DNA from: a bacterium | GTDB taxonomy: Bacteria > UBA8248 | Assembly (NCBI GenBank): GCA_965204535.1 | Contig: CBDBEV010000001.1 | Coordinates: 2,906,892 to 2,970,891 of the forward strand | Direction of reading: 5' to 3' | Length of the DNA: 64,000 nucleotides | Part shown: positions 39,962 to 49,656 of the stretch, piece by piece | Layout: each line of letters begins with the position of its first letter | How positions within the stretch are numbered: the first letter of the stretch is position 1 | Translations under genes and position numbers: made by a program | The notes under the pieces: model-generated | Database searches by the model: none | The model's input: the letters and a program-made list of their open reading frames with translations, nothing else | Told to the model about the DNA's origin: nothing

Positions 39962-41665
39962 ATGATGAAAATGCTCAAGCTTTTGGGATTGATGGTATTT
40001 GTCGTGTGCATTGCGGCATTTGCCTCCGGTTGCGGCGGTGGCGGCGGCGGTTCTGCCCAGATGCCGGATACGACTCCGCCCGTGGTGGACCCGGACCCGG
40101 ACCCGGAACCGACCGAGCCGACCGATGCGGAGAGGATAGCCTCGGCGAGGCAAATGCTCGCAACCATCCTCACAGAAGCTCGCAGTCTGGCGTCAACGGC
40201 GAGCTCGGTAGCGGCGGCGGTGCAGTTCCACCCCGACGCCACGGCGGAGCAGGTAGCAAGCGCGCTCGGTTATGCAGCCGACGCGCAATCGGCCCTGGCG
40301 GCTGTCGAGGCCGCGAGGGACGCCGGGAATGCGGCCGCCATCACGCTCGCGCAGGCGCAAACGGCGGTGACGGACGCGCAGGCGGCGCTCGCCGACCTGA
40401 CGGCCGCGCAATCGGCTGTGGCGTCTCTCCAAAGCGCCGTGGAAGCGGTTGCGAGCCAACGCCAGCAAATGGTAGCGGACGAAACCGCCCTGACGAACAA
40501 CTCCTCCCTCATCAAGCACGTGAGAGCCAACAAACTCCTCTCCGACGCCGTGTTGGCCGAGGCCGCCCTGACTACTGGTAACACCTTCAATGACGGCAGC
40601 ATTTTCGTTGGCCCGGCCGGCAACTCGGGCCCGTCCAGTACCGACCCTCGTACTGCTTGCGCTGCGCCGTGCGCCGAATTCCCTGCGAATATCGGGACGG
40701 GCGCGACAGCGGTTACCGGACAGCGGACGGTCCGAATAGGAACCCTCGTATCGGACAGCACGACGCCTACGCTTACCGGAACGGCCCGCCTTCCCCATGG
40801 CTTCGATCTGGACAACGGCACCCCCGCCACAGACCCCACTATCTTCGTCAACGCCTACACGGATATCGCTCAAGAGAGAAGGGTAAGAAATATCACCTCT
40901 GCAGATGCTCCTGATACGCCTCACGACGAGCGGTATGACTACAAGCCCGACACCGACTATCTGATCGCCGGAATCTGGCTGACGGTGAACAGCTCAACTT
41001 TGAGCGCATCCAGGATCACGGCATTCGCGTATGGTGGCCAACCCCTCTCCCTCGCTCCAGCCTTCTGTACTACAGTTGAAAGTAATACTAGTTCTCAATC
41101 CAATACAACTAGCAGAGTATGCGCTAATCCTGCTGCTACTGCGTTCAGCACCATCGGCGGATTCGTTGACGACGGCAAGGATGTAACGGCCACCTACACG
41201 GGGGATGCGAACGGCGCCTACATCGCGGGAGGAGATACGGGCTATTTCACGGGGAGCGTCGAGCTCACCGCCGAGTTCATCAATCCGACAACTGGGGATA
41301 AGAGGGGCAGCATTCAGGGCGCAGTCAGCAACATCTCCGCCGGTGGACAACCCATGGCGGGCAGTATCGAGCTGCAGAAACAGACCCTTGCTGATGACAT
41401 AGGCGCCGCTTTCGCTGGCGGTATGGCCGTCGGCGTGGTGGACGGAAAATCCTTCAGTGGCGGCTGGAAGGGCCAGTTTTTTGGACAGAGAGCCACAAGG
41501 TCCGTATCATCAGCGACGAACGTGGGTGATCCAACGATAACAGACGTAACAACAACGTATACGTCCCAGGCTCCCGGTTCGGTGGCGGGAACATTTTACG
41601 CCACCCAGCGGAGCAATCCGGCGGGAGACGCCGCCTTCATCGGGGCATTCGGAGCGCACAGGTAA
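39962..41665 (+). CDS. Second surface lipoprotein with C-terminal TbpB-like beta-barrel
   Basis: Lipobox ASGC plus GGGGGG; PDPDPEP linker; DYLIAGIW, ATYTG.A.G, LTAEF, WKGQFFG, VAGTF, terminal GAFGAHR as in the upstream paralog. Confidence 0.8.
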   Translation: MMKMLKLLGLMVFVVCIAAFASGCGGGGGGSAQMPDTTPPVVDPDPDPEPTEPTDAERIASARQMLATILTEARSLASTASSVAAAVQFHPDATAEQVASALGYAADAQSALAAVEAARDAGNAAAITLAQAQTAVTDAQAALADLTAAQSAVASLQSAVEAVASQRQQMVADETALTNNSSLIKHVRANKLLSDAVLAEAALTTGNTFNDGSIFVGPAGNSGPSSTDPRTACAAPCAEFPANIGTGATAVTGQRTVRIGTLVSDSTTPTLTGTARLPHGFDLDNGTPATDPTIFVNAYTDIAQERRVRNITSADAPDTPHDERYDYKPDTDYLIAGIWLTVNSSTLSASRITAFAYGGQPLSLAPAFCTTVESNTSSQSNTTSRVCANPAATAFSTIGGFVDDGKDVTATYTGDANGAYIAGGDTGYFTGSVELTAEFINPTTGDKRGSIQGAVSNISAGGQPMAGSIELQKQTLADDIGAAFAGGMAVGVVDGKSFSGGWKGQFFGQRATRSVSSATNVGDPTITDVTTTYTSQAPGSVAGTFYATQRSNPAGDAAFIGAFGAHR

Positions 41666-41927
41666 CGGACAGACGCCTTCGGCCTCGGGGGTTTCATGCC
41701 CTGGAGCCTGAGGCTGAAAAGGAGAGCGAAAACGAAATAGGGGGTTGCCCGTTGGTTGCTTCCCTCGTGATGGAGCAAACTGTACCGCTCCCTGCTGTGA
41801 GTTTGAGTCCTCGAGCCGGGAGGGGGAACAACGGGCGGCCCCCACTTCGCGCTTCATGCAGGCCGGCGCCCCCGACGCGGCCGGGCCTCGGACCTCAGGG
41901 ATTGTGTCGCAGCAACTCCCGCCTTCC

Positions 41928-41960
41928 GCCGGCCCTTCGCGGGGCGCCGGCCTTTTTTCT
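41928..41960 (+). terminator. Probable intrinsic terminator
   Basis: gccggc ... gccggc stem followed by cttttttct. Confidence 0.55.
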
Positions 41961-41995
41961 TGAAAGGACAGCCCCTCCTCATCAGGGGATAAAAA

Positions 41996-42450
41996 CAACC
42001 CCCCCTACCCCCCCTTGACAGGGGGGTAAGAAAAGGCGATGCCCGCCAACGAGGGGGTGGAAGAAAAGCCCCTCTGCGTTGGTTCTTCCTTCATCAGTCA
42101 GGAATGACCCCCAAGGTATTTCACTCCCCCCTTGAGGGGGAGTCGAAGAGGCCGAGCCTTGGCGAAGGCCGATTCGGTGGGGGGACATGCTACCGAAAAA
42201 ACTCCCCCCACCGGTTCGGTTTCGGGCAAAACCCCCCTCACCTCACCGTCTGGCTTTCCCCTCGGGAAGCCAGACCCTCAAGGGGGGAGTTGATTGCATA
42301 TCTCGCGCGTGAAGGGATGACCCCCAAGGGGGGAGTGAATCTTTTCTCTACTCCGTCGCCAACTTCCCTCAAGGGGGGAGTTTATCTTGCTCGTTCATCG
42401 AGGCTTTTTCATACCCCCCTTGACAAGGGGGGGTAGGGGGGGTTGGTTTT
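41996..42450. repeat. Nested REP/MITE-like palindrome cluster
   Basis: Outer caaccccccctacccccccttg pair (41996 and ~42445) encloses several actccccccttgagggg / ccctcaaggggggagt units. Confidence 0.8.
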
Positions 42451-42528
42451 CGGGGCGAGACGACCGGTGCGGGTGACGCAAAAGAACCTCATCCCGAGTA
42501 GGCCCGAAGGGCCGTATCGAGGGGGCGG

Positions 42529-43059
42529 CTACTTAGGGTGAGAGGTGCCGGGCGGCGCGGCGGTGCGGCGGATGAGTTCCTTGAGCGCCTCCATGTTCTC
42601 GCGGTGCTGATCTTTGTGCTCTTCGCGCTGGGTGGCGAGTGCGTTCATGGTTGCGGCGTGCTGAGCTTTTTGATCCTCACGCTGTGCAGCGAGCGCTTCC
42701 ATGGTCGCGATGTGCTGAACTTTTTGATCCTCGCGCTCGGCTGCGAGCGCGTTCATGGTTGCGATGTGCTGGTCTTTTTGCGCCTCGCGCTCGGCGGCGA
42801 GCGCCTCCATGTTCTCCCGGTGGGTGCGCTCCATCGCCTCCATGGTTTCGCGGTGCTGGGCGTCGCGGTGGCGCGCGGCCTGGCGCATGAAGTAGAGGCC
42901 GTAGGCGATCAGGGAGCACTGCGCGGCCCCCACGAGCGCGGCGACCCACACCGAGGCCTGCTGCGCCGCGAGGGACGCTTTCTGGATGGCGAGGGATGCT
43001 TCCTGCAGCGCGAGTGTGGATTCCTGGATGGCGAGGCTTGCGGCTTCGTATTCCGTCAT
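42529..43059 (-). CDS. Single-TM coiled-coil protein with 7-aa and 18-aa tandem repeats
   Basis: (A/S)SLAIQ(E/K)-like unit x4, TM helix, then H..(T/N)M.ALA..RE..K.Q x4. Confidence 0.7.
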   Translation of the reverse strand: MTEYEAASLAIQESTLALQEASLAIQKASLAAQQASVWVAALVGAAQCSLIAYGLYFMRQAARHRDAQHRETMEAMERTHRENMEALAAEREAQKDQHIATMNALAAEREDQKVQHIATMEALAAQREDQKAQHAATMNALATQREEHKDQHRENMEALKELIRRTAAPPGTSHPK

Positions 43060-43420
43060 TCGGTTTTCCCCCACGTTAGTGGGTCCTCATACGCGTAACT
43101 CTAATGCGCCGCCGCGCGTTTTGTCAAGACGGATGCCGGCCGGAGCACGGGAGCATGCGGCGTATTGCAATATTGAAAGCAATACTTGCAGTTATGCCTG
43201 AATCGCGCTACCCTGTCCCCATGATCGAGCGCGAGATCACACCCTGCCTCAAAGCGTTGTTCGGACAATACCCGTTCGTCACGCTGACCGGCCCGAGGCA
43301 GTCCGGCAAAACCACGCTTTGCCGCGCGGCTTTTCCGCACCTCGAGTACGTGTAAGCGTTCGGGCGGGCCGTGATGGTAGTGCCTTGAAGCAGTAGTTCG
43401 GGCCGGAATGGGGGATGATT

Positions 43421-44293
43421 TTACCGGTTGAGGACTTGCTTCCAGTTTCTGCGCAACGGTCGTAGCCAGATGTCCTTTTTCGGTTGGTCTCGTTTCGTGT
43501 ATCTGTCGTAGCGTCCACGCCCCTGGGTCATACCGACGTGAATCCACCCCGATGCCCTGTAGACGGCGCCGGTGTAGCGCGGCGTCTCGACGAAGGTCTC
43601 GACGAGGACGGGTGTCGTGCCATAGCGCTCGGTCCAGTCCTCGGGCAGGCGCCTGCGGATGATGGCGAGGAGGTGTGAGCCGAGGTTGAGGATCCTGATC
43701 CATGGCAGGATGAGGAACCTCGGGTTGTCGACCACGAGGGGGAGGTTCTTCTCGCGCAGCTGCGGCGTCCAGCCGATGAAGCTGTCGCGCGGGGCGAGCT
43801 TCCACGCGGCGGTGGAGAAGCCGAGCATGGCGAGGGGCCTGCCGCCCCGGTCGTGGACGGCGTAGCGCATCTGCGCGCCGACGAGGGTCTTGTAGCCGAG
43901 GTAGTGGTAGCGGGCGACGAACTCGTTCCAGAGCCTGCCCTCGCGGGTTCCGCGCACGGCGACGCGCATATCGAGGGGGCGGACTTCGTCGAGGGTCTCA
44001 GGCGCCGGGATGAGGGGAGGTTCGGTGTCGGGTCCGAAGACGATCGGCCCGGGCCGGTTCTGGCGCCACTTCGGTGGGGGCAGCGTGATCAGGCCGTCCT
44101 TGTGCATGGCCAGCATAGTCACCCGGGCCATCATGTCCTTGAGTCCGCCGTCGGGCTTGTACCAGCCGATTCGGCGGCAGAACTCCTTCGATAGCGCATG
44201 GCGGTTGAGCGCAGGTGGACCTGCGATCAGTTCGCGCAGCAGCGCCATCTCTTCCGTCGTGAAGTCGCGTCCGTGGTAGCGGCACTCGGTCAC
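43421..44293 (-). CDS. DUF4338 (DruA-like domain) protein inside the IS
   Basis: R..LS..FC...W....G.LK, YHYLGY..LVGAQMRY, RD.FIGW, N.RFLILPW, ETFVE...G..YRASGW..VG.T.GRG. Confidence 0.85.
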   Translation of the reverse strand: MTECRYHGRDFTTEEMALLRELIAGPPALNRHALSKEFCRRIGWYKPDGGLKDMMARVTMLAMHKDGLITLPPPKWRQNRPGPIVFGPDTEPPLIPAPETLDEVRPLDMRVAVRGTREGRLWNEFVARYHYLGYKTLVGAQMRYAVHDRGGRPLAMLGFSTAAWKLAPRDSFIGWTPQLREKNLPLVVDNPRFLILPWIRILNLGSHLLAIIRRRLPEDWTERYGTTPVLVETFVETPRYTGAVYRASGWIHVGMTQGRGRYDRYTKRDQPKKDIWLRPLRRNWKQVLNR

Positions 44294-44297
44294 GGCG

Positions 44298-46652
44298 TCA
44301 TCCCGGCGCCGTGAGGGCGCGCCTGCGCTCCGTGCTCATCGACCAGGGCAGCCACGCGGAGAGGTCCCCGGGCGCCCGGCCGCCGTTCTCCGCGCAGGCC
44401 GTGAGCCATGCCTCCAGCCAGCGGAGCGGGTCGACCCCGTTCGACGCGAGGGTTCCGAGGACCGAGTACATCATCGCCGTAAACCTGGCGCCGGCCTCGC
44501 TGTCGGAGCCGAACGAGAGCCGCCTGCCGATCACAGGGCCCCGAAGCGCACGTTCGCTGGCGTTGTTATCCATCGGCACCGAGGGGCGTTCGATGAAGAC
44601 GCTCAGCCCCTCGCGGTGGTTCAGCAGCGAGCGAAGCGCCTTGCCCTCGCGCGCCTGCGCGGGCAGAGCGGCCATCTCCCGTCGGGCCTGCGCGAACAGG
44701 TCCTTGAGCGCCTTCTTCAATTCGTCGTGCGCCGCGTCGAACGCCGCATCCTGGCGTTCGACGCCCGGGTCGTAACTGGCCAGGCGCGCCTCGTTCAGGC
44801 GGTAAAGCAAGGCAATCCGCTCGATCCATCTCTCGCACCACGGCGTCAGCCGCTCATCGCCGGCGGCGCAGTGGATATAATCGCGCCGGACGTGACTCCA
44901 GCACCATGCGAGAGTCACCAGACCCCCGGGAATGCGCGCCAGCTTCTTGTAGGCGCTGTAGCGGTCGCAGACGATGACCGTATGGGAGCCGGCCGCGCCG
45001 AACAGCTTCATCGCGACCTCAGCACTCCGCGAGGGGTCGACGTGGAAGTAGACGGAGTCTGCGCTGACCGAGGTCCACAGCCAGGCGCGGCTCGAGCGTC
45101 CTTGTTCGCGAAGCGACTGAACGCGCCACGTCGTCTCGTCCCCGTGACGCACCGCCGCTTCGTTCTGGCGGTCGAGGATCGCCGCAGCCAGCGGCTCGAA
45201 GAGCGGCGTGAAGCGGTGCGTGCTGTCGCCCAGTGTGCCTGCAGAGACCGGAAGCCCCTGGTCGGAGAGCCACGCGGCGACCCGGCGCAGCGGGCGGAAG
45301 CAGGCGTAGCGCTCGAACAGGAAGCGCGCCCACACGCTCGTCCCGTAAGGCGTGCCCGCGAACAGGCGCGGCGCGGCGGGCGCCGACACTTCCACCGGAG
45401 ACGACGCGCACGCGCATCTCCTGCGCCATCTCGGACGGCGGATGACGCGCTTGTGGGCCGAGACTTCGATCTCGAAGATGGAGGAGACCTCGGCGCCATT
45501 GGCCACGTAGGGCTTCCCGCAACCGGCGCAGACGCGCGCACCGGCCGGCGGGTTGCGAACTTCGGTCCTCTCATCGAGCGCGGGCCGCGGGGTGCGGCCA
45601 TGACCGGCGGCGCCGGGTTGCCGGCCGCGCCTGCGCTCCGAGCGCGGCCTCTCCTGCCGTTCGCTCTTGCGCCCGAACAGTCTTCTCGCCAGCACCGCTC
45701 CGGTGGCGCGAAGCTTCGCGAGATCGGCCTCCAGCCGCGCCCGGATGGTCTCTGACTTGCGGAGCGCCCTGCGAAGACGCCCGTTCTCCCTCGACAGCGA
45801 CCTGAGCGCCGTCTTCTGGCGCCGCGACCTCCCCAGGGCCTTGCGCAGTTCCTCATCTGCACGAGACGGCGACTTCGAGCGCGCCGCCTCGAGAGCGCGC
45901 AGCAACCGCGCCTTCAGCCGTTCGGTCGCAATGCCTACGGCCCCCAGGGAGACTTCAAGACGGTAGACCTCCGCAGACAGCGACTCGACCACCTCCGCCT
46001 GGTCGCGCAATCGCCTCAACTTCCTGTAGAGCCCGATGGCCTCCTCGTCCAGGCTCCGAATGGTCTCCTTGTCGGTCGCCGACTTCTGCTTCTCCAGGGC
46101 CAGACGATCTTCGAGCCGGGCAACTTCCTTCTCCCGCCGGCCGACCTCCTTGCGCAGGGCATGAATCGTCTCCTTGCGCTCCTCCAGGGCCTTGCGCAGC
46201 CGCCCCGCCTCCCCCGGCGACGGCACGCCCGAGAGCTCCTTGCGAAGCCGGACGACCTCCATGCGCAGCGACATGAGCGGGCTGCGCTTGCGCGGATCGA
46301 CCCCCGCCTCCGCAAGCAGCTTCTCCAGCCGCGCCACTTCCGCCTTGAGCGACAGCGCGTCCTTCGCCGCGCGGCGGGCTTCCTTCGCCTCCCCGGCGGC
46401 CGCCTCGAGCTTCTTCCGGCTGGCGTCGAGATGCCGCTTCAGCTTGCCCGCACGGGAGCGGGAATCCACTTCCGCCCAACGCAACTCCTCGCAGCGCGCC
46501 TCCGCCGCCTCCGCGCGCGCACGCTCGCGCTCGTACAGCGAACGCCAGTACGCCTCTGCGGTTGTGGACAACCCGGGGGAATGAGGCCATGGCTCATCCG
46601 GCCTCTCGGCCAACGCCAACTCCGTCTCGACAGCTTCTGCGCGAATCTTCAT
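44298..46652 (-). CDS. IS66 transposase (TnpC) with long N-terminal coiled coil
   Basis: LFGRKSER, G.QPG..GH, CAGCG zinc finger, HGDET, CDRYSAY, CWSHVRR, DNNASERALR. Confidence 0.92.
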   Translation of the reverse strand: MKIRAEAVETELALAERPDEPWPHSPGLSTTAEAYWRSLYERERARAEAAEARCEELRWAEVDSRSRAGKLKRHLDASRKKLEAAAGEAKEARRAAKDALSLKAEVARLEKLLAEAGVDPRKRSPLMSLRMEVVRLRKELSGVPSPGEAGRLRKALEERKETIHALRKEVGRREKEVARLEDRLALEKQKSATDKETIRSLDEEAIGLYRKLRRLRDQAEVVESLSAEVYRLEVSLGAVGIATERLKARLLRALEAARSKSPSRADEELRKALGRSRRQKTALRSLSRENGRLRRALRKSETIRARLEADLAKLRATGAVLARRLFGRKSERQERPRSERRRGRQPGAAGHGRTPRPALDERTEVRNPPAGARVCAGCGKPYVANGAEVSSIFEIEVSAHKRVIRRPRWRRRCACASSPVEVSAPAAPRLFAGTPYGTSVWARFLFERYACFRPLRRVAAWLSDQGLPVSAGTLGDSTHRFTPLFEPLAAAILDRQNEAAVRHGDETTWRVQSLREQGRSSRAWLWTSVSADSVYFHVDPSRSAEVAMKLFGAAGSHTVIVCDRYSAYKKLARIPGGLVTLAWCWSHVRRDYIHCAAGDERLTPWCERWIERIALLYRLNEARLASYDPGVERQDAAFDAAHDELKKALKDLFAQARREMAALPAQAREGKALRSLLNHREGLSVFIERPSVPMDNNASERALRGPVIGRRLSFGSDSEAGARFTAMMYSVLGTLASNGVDPLRWLEAWLTACAENGGRAPGDLSAWLPWSMSTERRRALTAPG

Positions 46653-47979
46653 GCCGACATCATTAGCACATGTCGAATCGCGTTACCAGTCGCCCGGGAA
46701 AATTCTATCCGATGGAGGCGATGCGCCCGGCGCCGGGTCCATCACGGCCCGCCCGAACGCTTACGAGTACGTCAACCTGGAAGCGCCCGACCAGCGGGAA
46801 TTCGCCGAAACCGACCCCCGGGGCTTTTTGTCCCGGCTGGGCGAGGGCGCCGTCCTGGACGAGATCCAGCGCGTCCCTGAACTCCTGTCCTATCTCCAGG
46901 TGCTGGCCGACGAGGCGGGGCGAAACGGCCTCTTCGTGCTGACGGGCAGCGAGCAGTTCCGACTCCCGGGCGCCGTCAGCCAGTCGCTCGCCGGACGAAC
47001 GGCGCTGCTCCGCCTGCTGCCGTTCTCGCTCGCCGAGAGGCGGCGGGCGGGCGCGAGCGAGGAGGTCGACGACGTCCTCTACTCGGGTTTCTATCCCCGG
47101 ATTCACGATCAAAAACTCGAACCCCGCCAGGCGCTCGGCGATTATTTCGAAACCTACGTGGAGCGCGACGTGCGCCGGATCGGCGAGATCCGCAACCTCT
47201 CCGCCTTCCGCCGGTTCGTGCGCCTGTGCGCCGGGCGGGTGGGACAGCTGGCCAATCTCTCGGCCCTGGGCGCGGACGCCGGCGTCTCCCACACCACGGC
47301 GCGCCACTGGCTGACGATTCTGGAGGCGAGCCACATCGTTTTCCAGCTTCCGCCGTATTTCGCAAACGTGCGCAAGCGGCTGGTCAAGTCGCCCAAGCTC
47401 TACTTCCACGACGTCGGGCTGGCGAGTTACCTCATCGGCATCGAGCACGCCGGGCAGTTGGGCACCCACCCGCTCCGGGGGGCGCTGTTCGAGAACACCG
47501 TCGTCGCGGAGGCCCTCAAGCACCGCTTCAACCGGGGGCGCCGCTCCAACCTGTCCTTCTTCCGCGACGTCCGGGGGCTGGAGTGCGACCTTCTCTACGA
47601 GAACGGCGAGGGGGTGGGCCTGATCGAGATCAAGTCGGGCGTAACGGTCGCCTCCGACTGGTTCGACGCCTTTCCCCGGGTGGCGAAGTCGTTGCCGCGG
47701 ATCGTTCTCGGGGCCGTCGTCTACGGAGGTTCGGAGCGGGGATCCCGCCGGGACGGCGAAGTGGTTCCGCTGGGCGAGGTGGGCGCGCTGCTCGAACGAT
47801 TCGACGAAAGCCGGAAATCCTGACGGCGTCCCGGCATATCGGGGGAGAGGGGGTTCCACCCGATACCGGCGATCGCCGCCGGGAATCCGGTGATCGCCAC
47901 CGGGTGGCGGGCGAACCGGTTTTCCCCGTCGGCCGCGCATGCGGGGAATTGCGGAGCCGATGAATCCCGGCCCGAGGGG

Positions 47980-49245
47980 GTTGCCTGAAAAACTTTGTCA
48001 AAGGAGCAACCCCCCCTACCCCCCCTTGTCAGGGGTCAAAACCGACCGAAGAGGGAGGTTTTGCAAGACGATGTGTTTCTCGCCAATGGCTCATGCAAAC
48101 GCTCGTTCCTCACTCGCGCTTGACCTCTGACAAGGGGGGGTAGGGGGGGGTGGTTTTCGGGGCGAGCGGGCGGTTTGCGGTTTCCGTAGGGACAGGCCCC
48201 CGTGCCTGTCCTTGGTCCCCGTGCCCTTCCTGTATCGAGGTGAATACGACCGACGGGCGGCCACAGGGTCAGACATATATGTCTGACCCCTACGGAAATC
48301 TCTGCCCTCTGTCGATGGTAAAAATTCACTCCCCCCTTGAGGGTCTGGCTTCCCGAGGGGAAAGCCAGACGAGGAAGGCGAGCGGTTTGTGCGAAGGCTG
48401 AATCGGTGGGGGGTGAAATGCGTTTTATTGCCAGTCCGAATTATACCCCCCACCGAATCGCTTTCGGGCTGACGCCCTCAGCTCTTCGACTCCCCCTCAA
48501 GGGGGGAGTTGATTTATGTTCATCTCGGCGGCGGGCATCGCTTTTTCATACCCCCCCTTGACAGCGAACAAAGGCAACCCCCCTTATCAGGGGTCAAAAC
48601 CGACCGAAGAGGGAGGTTTTGCAAGACGATGTGTTTCTCGTCAATGGCTCATGCAAACGCTCGTTCATCACTCGCGTTTGACCCCTGACAAGGGGGGGTA
48701 GGGGGGGTTGGTTTTCGGGGCGAGCGGGCGGTTTGCGGTTTCCGTAGGGACAGGCCCCCGTGCCTGTCCTTGGCCCCCGTGCCCTTCCTGTATCGAGGTG
48801 AATACGACCGACGGGCGGCCACAGGGTCAGACATATATGTCTGACCCCTACGGAAATCTCTGCCCTCTGTCGATGGTAAAAATTCACTCCCCCCTTGAGG
48901 GTTCTTGCCACCCGACGAGAGAGCAATTCACTCCCCCCTTGAGGGTCTGGCTTCCCGAGGGGAAAGCCAGACGAGGAAGCCGAGCGGTTTGTGCGAAGGC
49001 TGACTCGGTGGGGGGAGCTTTTATCCGTGGCATGTCCCCCCACCGAATCGCTTGCGGGCTTCGCCCTTAGCTCTTCGTCGGCCTTCCCGAGGAGGAAAGG
49101 CCGACCCTCAAGGGGGGAGTTGATTGCATATCTCGCGCGTGAAGGGACGACCCTCAAGGGGGGAGTTGATTTATGTTCATCTCGGCGGCGGGTGTCGCCT
49201 TTTCTCACCTCCCGTCAAGGAGGGGTAGGGGGGTGGTTTTCGGGG
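47980..49245. repeat. Large REP/MITE mosaic with a ~316-bp direct duplication
   Basis: 48029-48344 is repeated nearly identically at 48587-48902 (offset 558); several palindrome families are present. Confidence 0.85.
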
Positions 49246-49656
49246 CGGGGGCGCATTTGCCCGCATTTGCCGTCATCAATGAAACAGCGGACTGCGCTAT
49301 CGTGCGCGCGACGCGGGGAAGGGGTTTTTCCCCGGCGGATTGAGGCGCAGGCAGAGGAGGCTTTCTCATGGGATGGGGTGATGGAGCGGGGAAGCGTAGC
49401 GAGAATGGGTTCAGGGACGGCACGGAAATAAAAATAATGATATTTCCCGTAAAATACGATTAATAATTGTCATGAACCCGGTGTCGGCGCGATAGTATGA
49501 TTGACTACGTATGTCTACGATAACTGATTGTTTATAATACCATATTTCTGTTATTTCGTACCCAGCTACCCCTTGCATTTTCGCCATACATATGCTTAGA
49601 TAGCCTCCAGTTTGATGTCGCACGTATGCGTTTTGATTACAGATTCAGGAGGGAAG

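Larger units (their letters stand above)
43352..46764 (-). mobile_element. IS66-family element (3413 bp) carrying a DUF4338 gene
   Basis: Perfect 26-bp TIR gtaagcgttcgggcgggccgtgatgg (43352-43377 / 46739-46764); 8-bp target duplication gagtacgt (43344-43351, 46765-46772). Confidence 0.95.
43221..47823 (+). pseudogene. AAA+ ATPase (AAA_14 + DUF4143) split by an IS66-like element
   Basis: 5' part 43221-43351 (TGPRQSGKTT..EYV) joins in frame to 46773-47823 (NLE.., LDEIQR, LTGS, SLAGR, KSPKLYF.D.GL, ECD..IEIK), giving 393 aa. Confidence 0.92.

Noticed and set aside
37912-41665. Diversity-generating retroelement target
   Set aside because: No reverse transcriptase and no template/variable repeat pair differing at adenines was seen.
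43421-44293. Druantia defence system
   Set aside because: Only a DUF4338 gene is present, inside IS ends; no DruE helicase or other dru genes are adjacent.
46651-47823. Intact 390-aa gene from the ORF track
   Set aside because: Its first ~38 codons come from the IS end; the real N-terminus is at 43221.
47980-49245. CRISPR array
   Set aside because: Repeats are inverted, nested and irregularly spaced, fillers are duplicated rather than unique, and no cas genes are present.
49400-49650. tRNA or att site beside the integrases
   Set aside because: No cloverleaf or T-loop consensus, and no second copy found by eye in the window.
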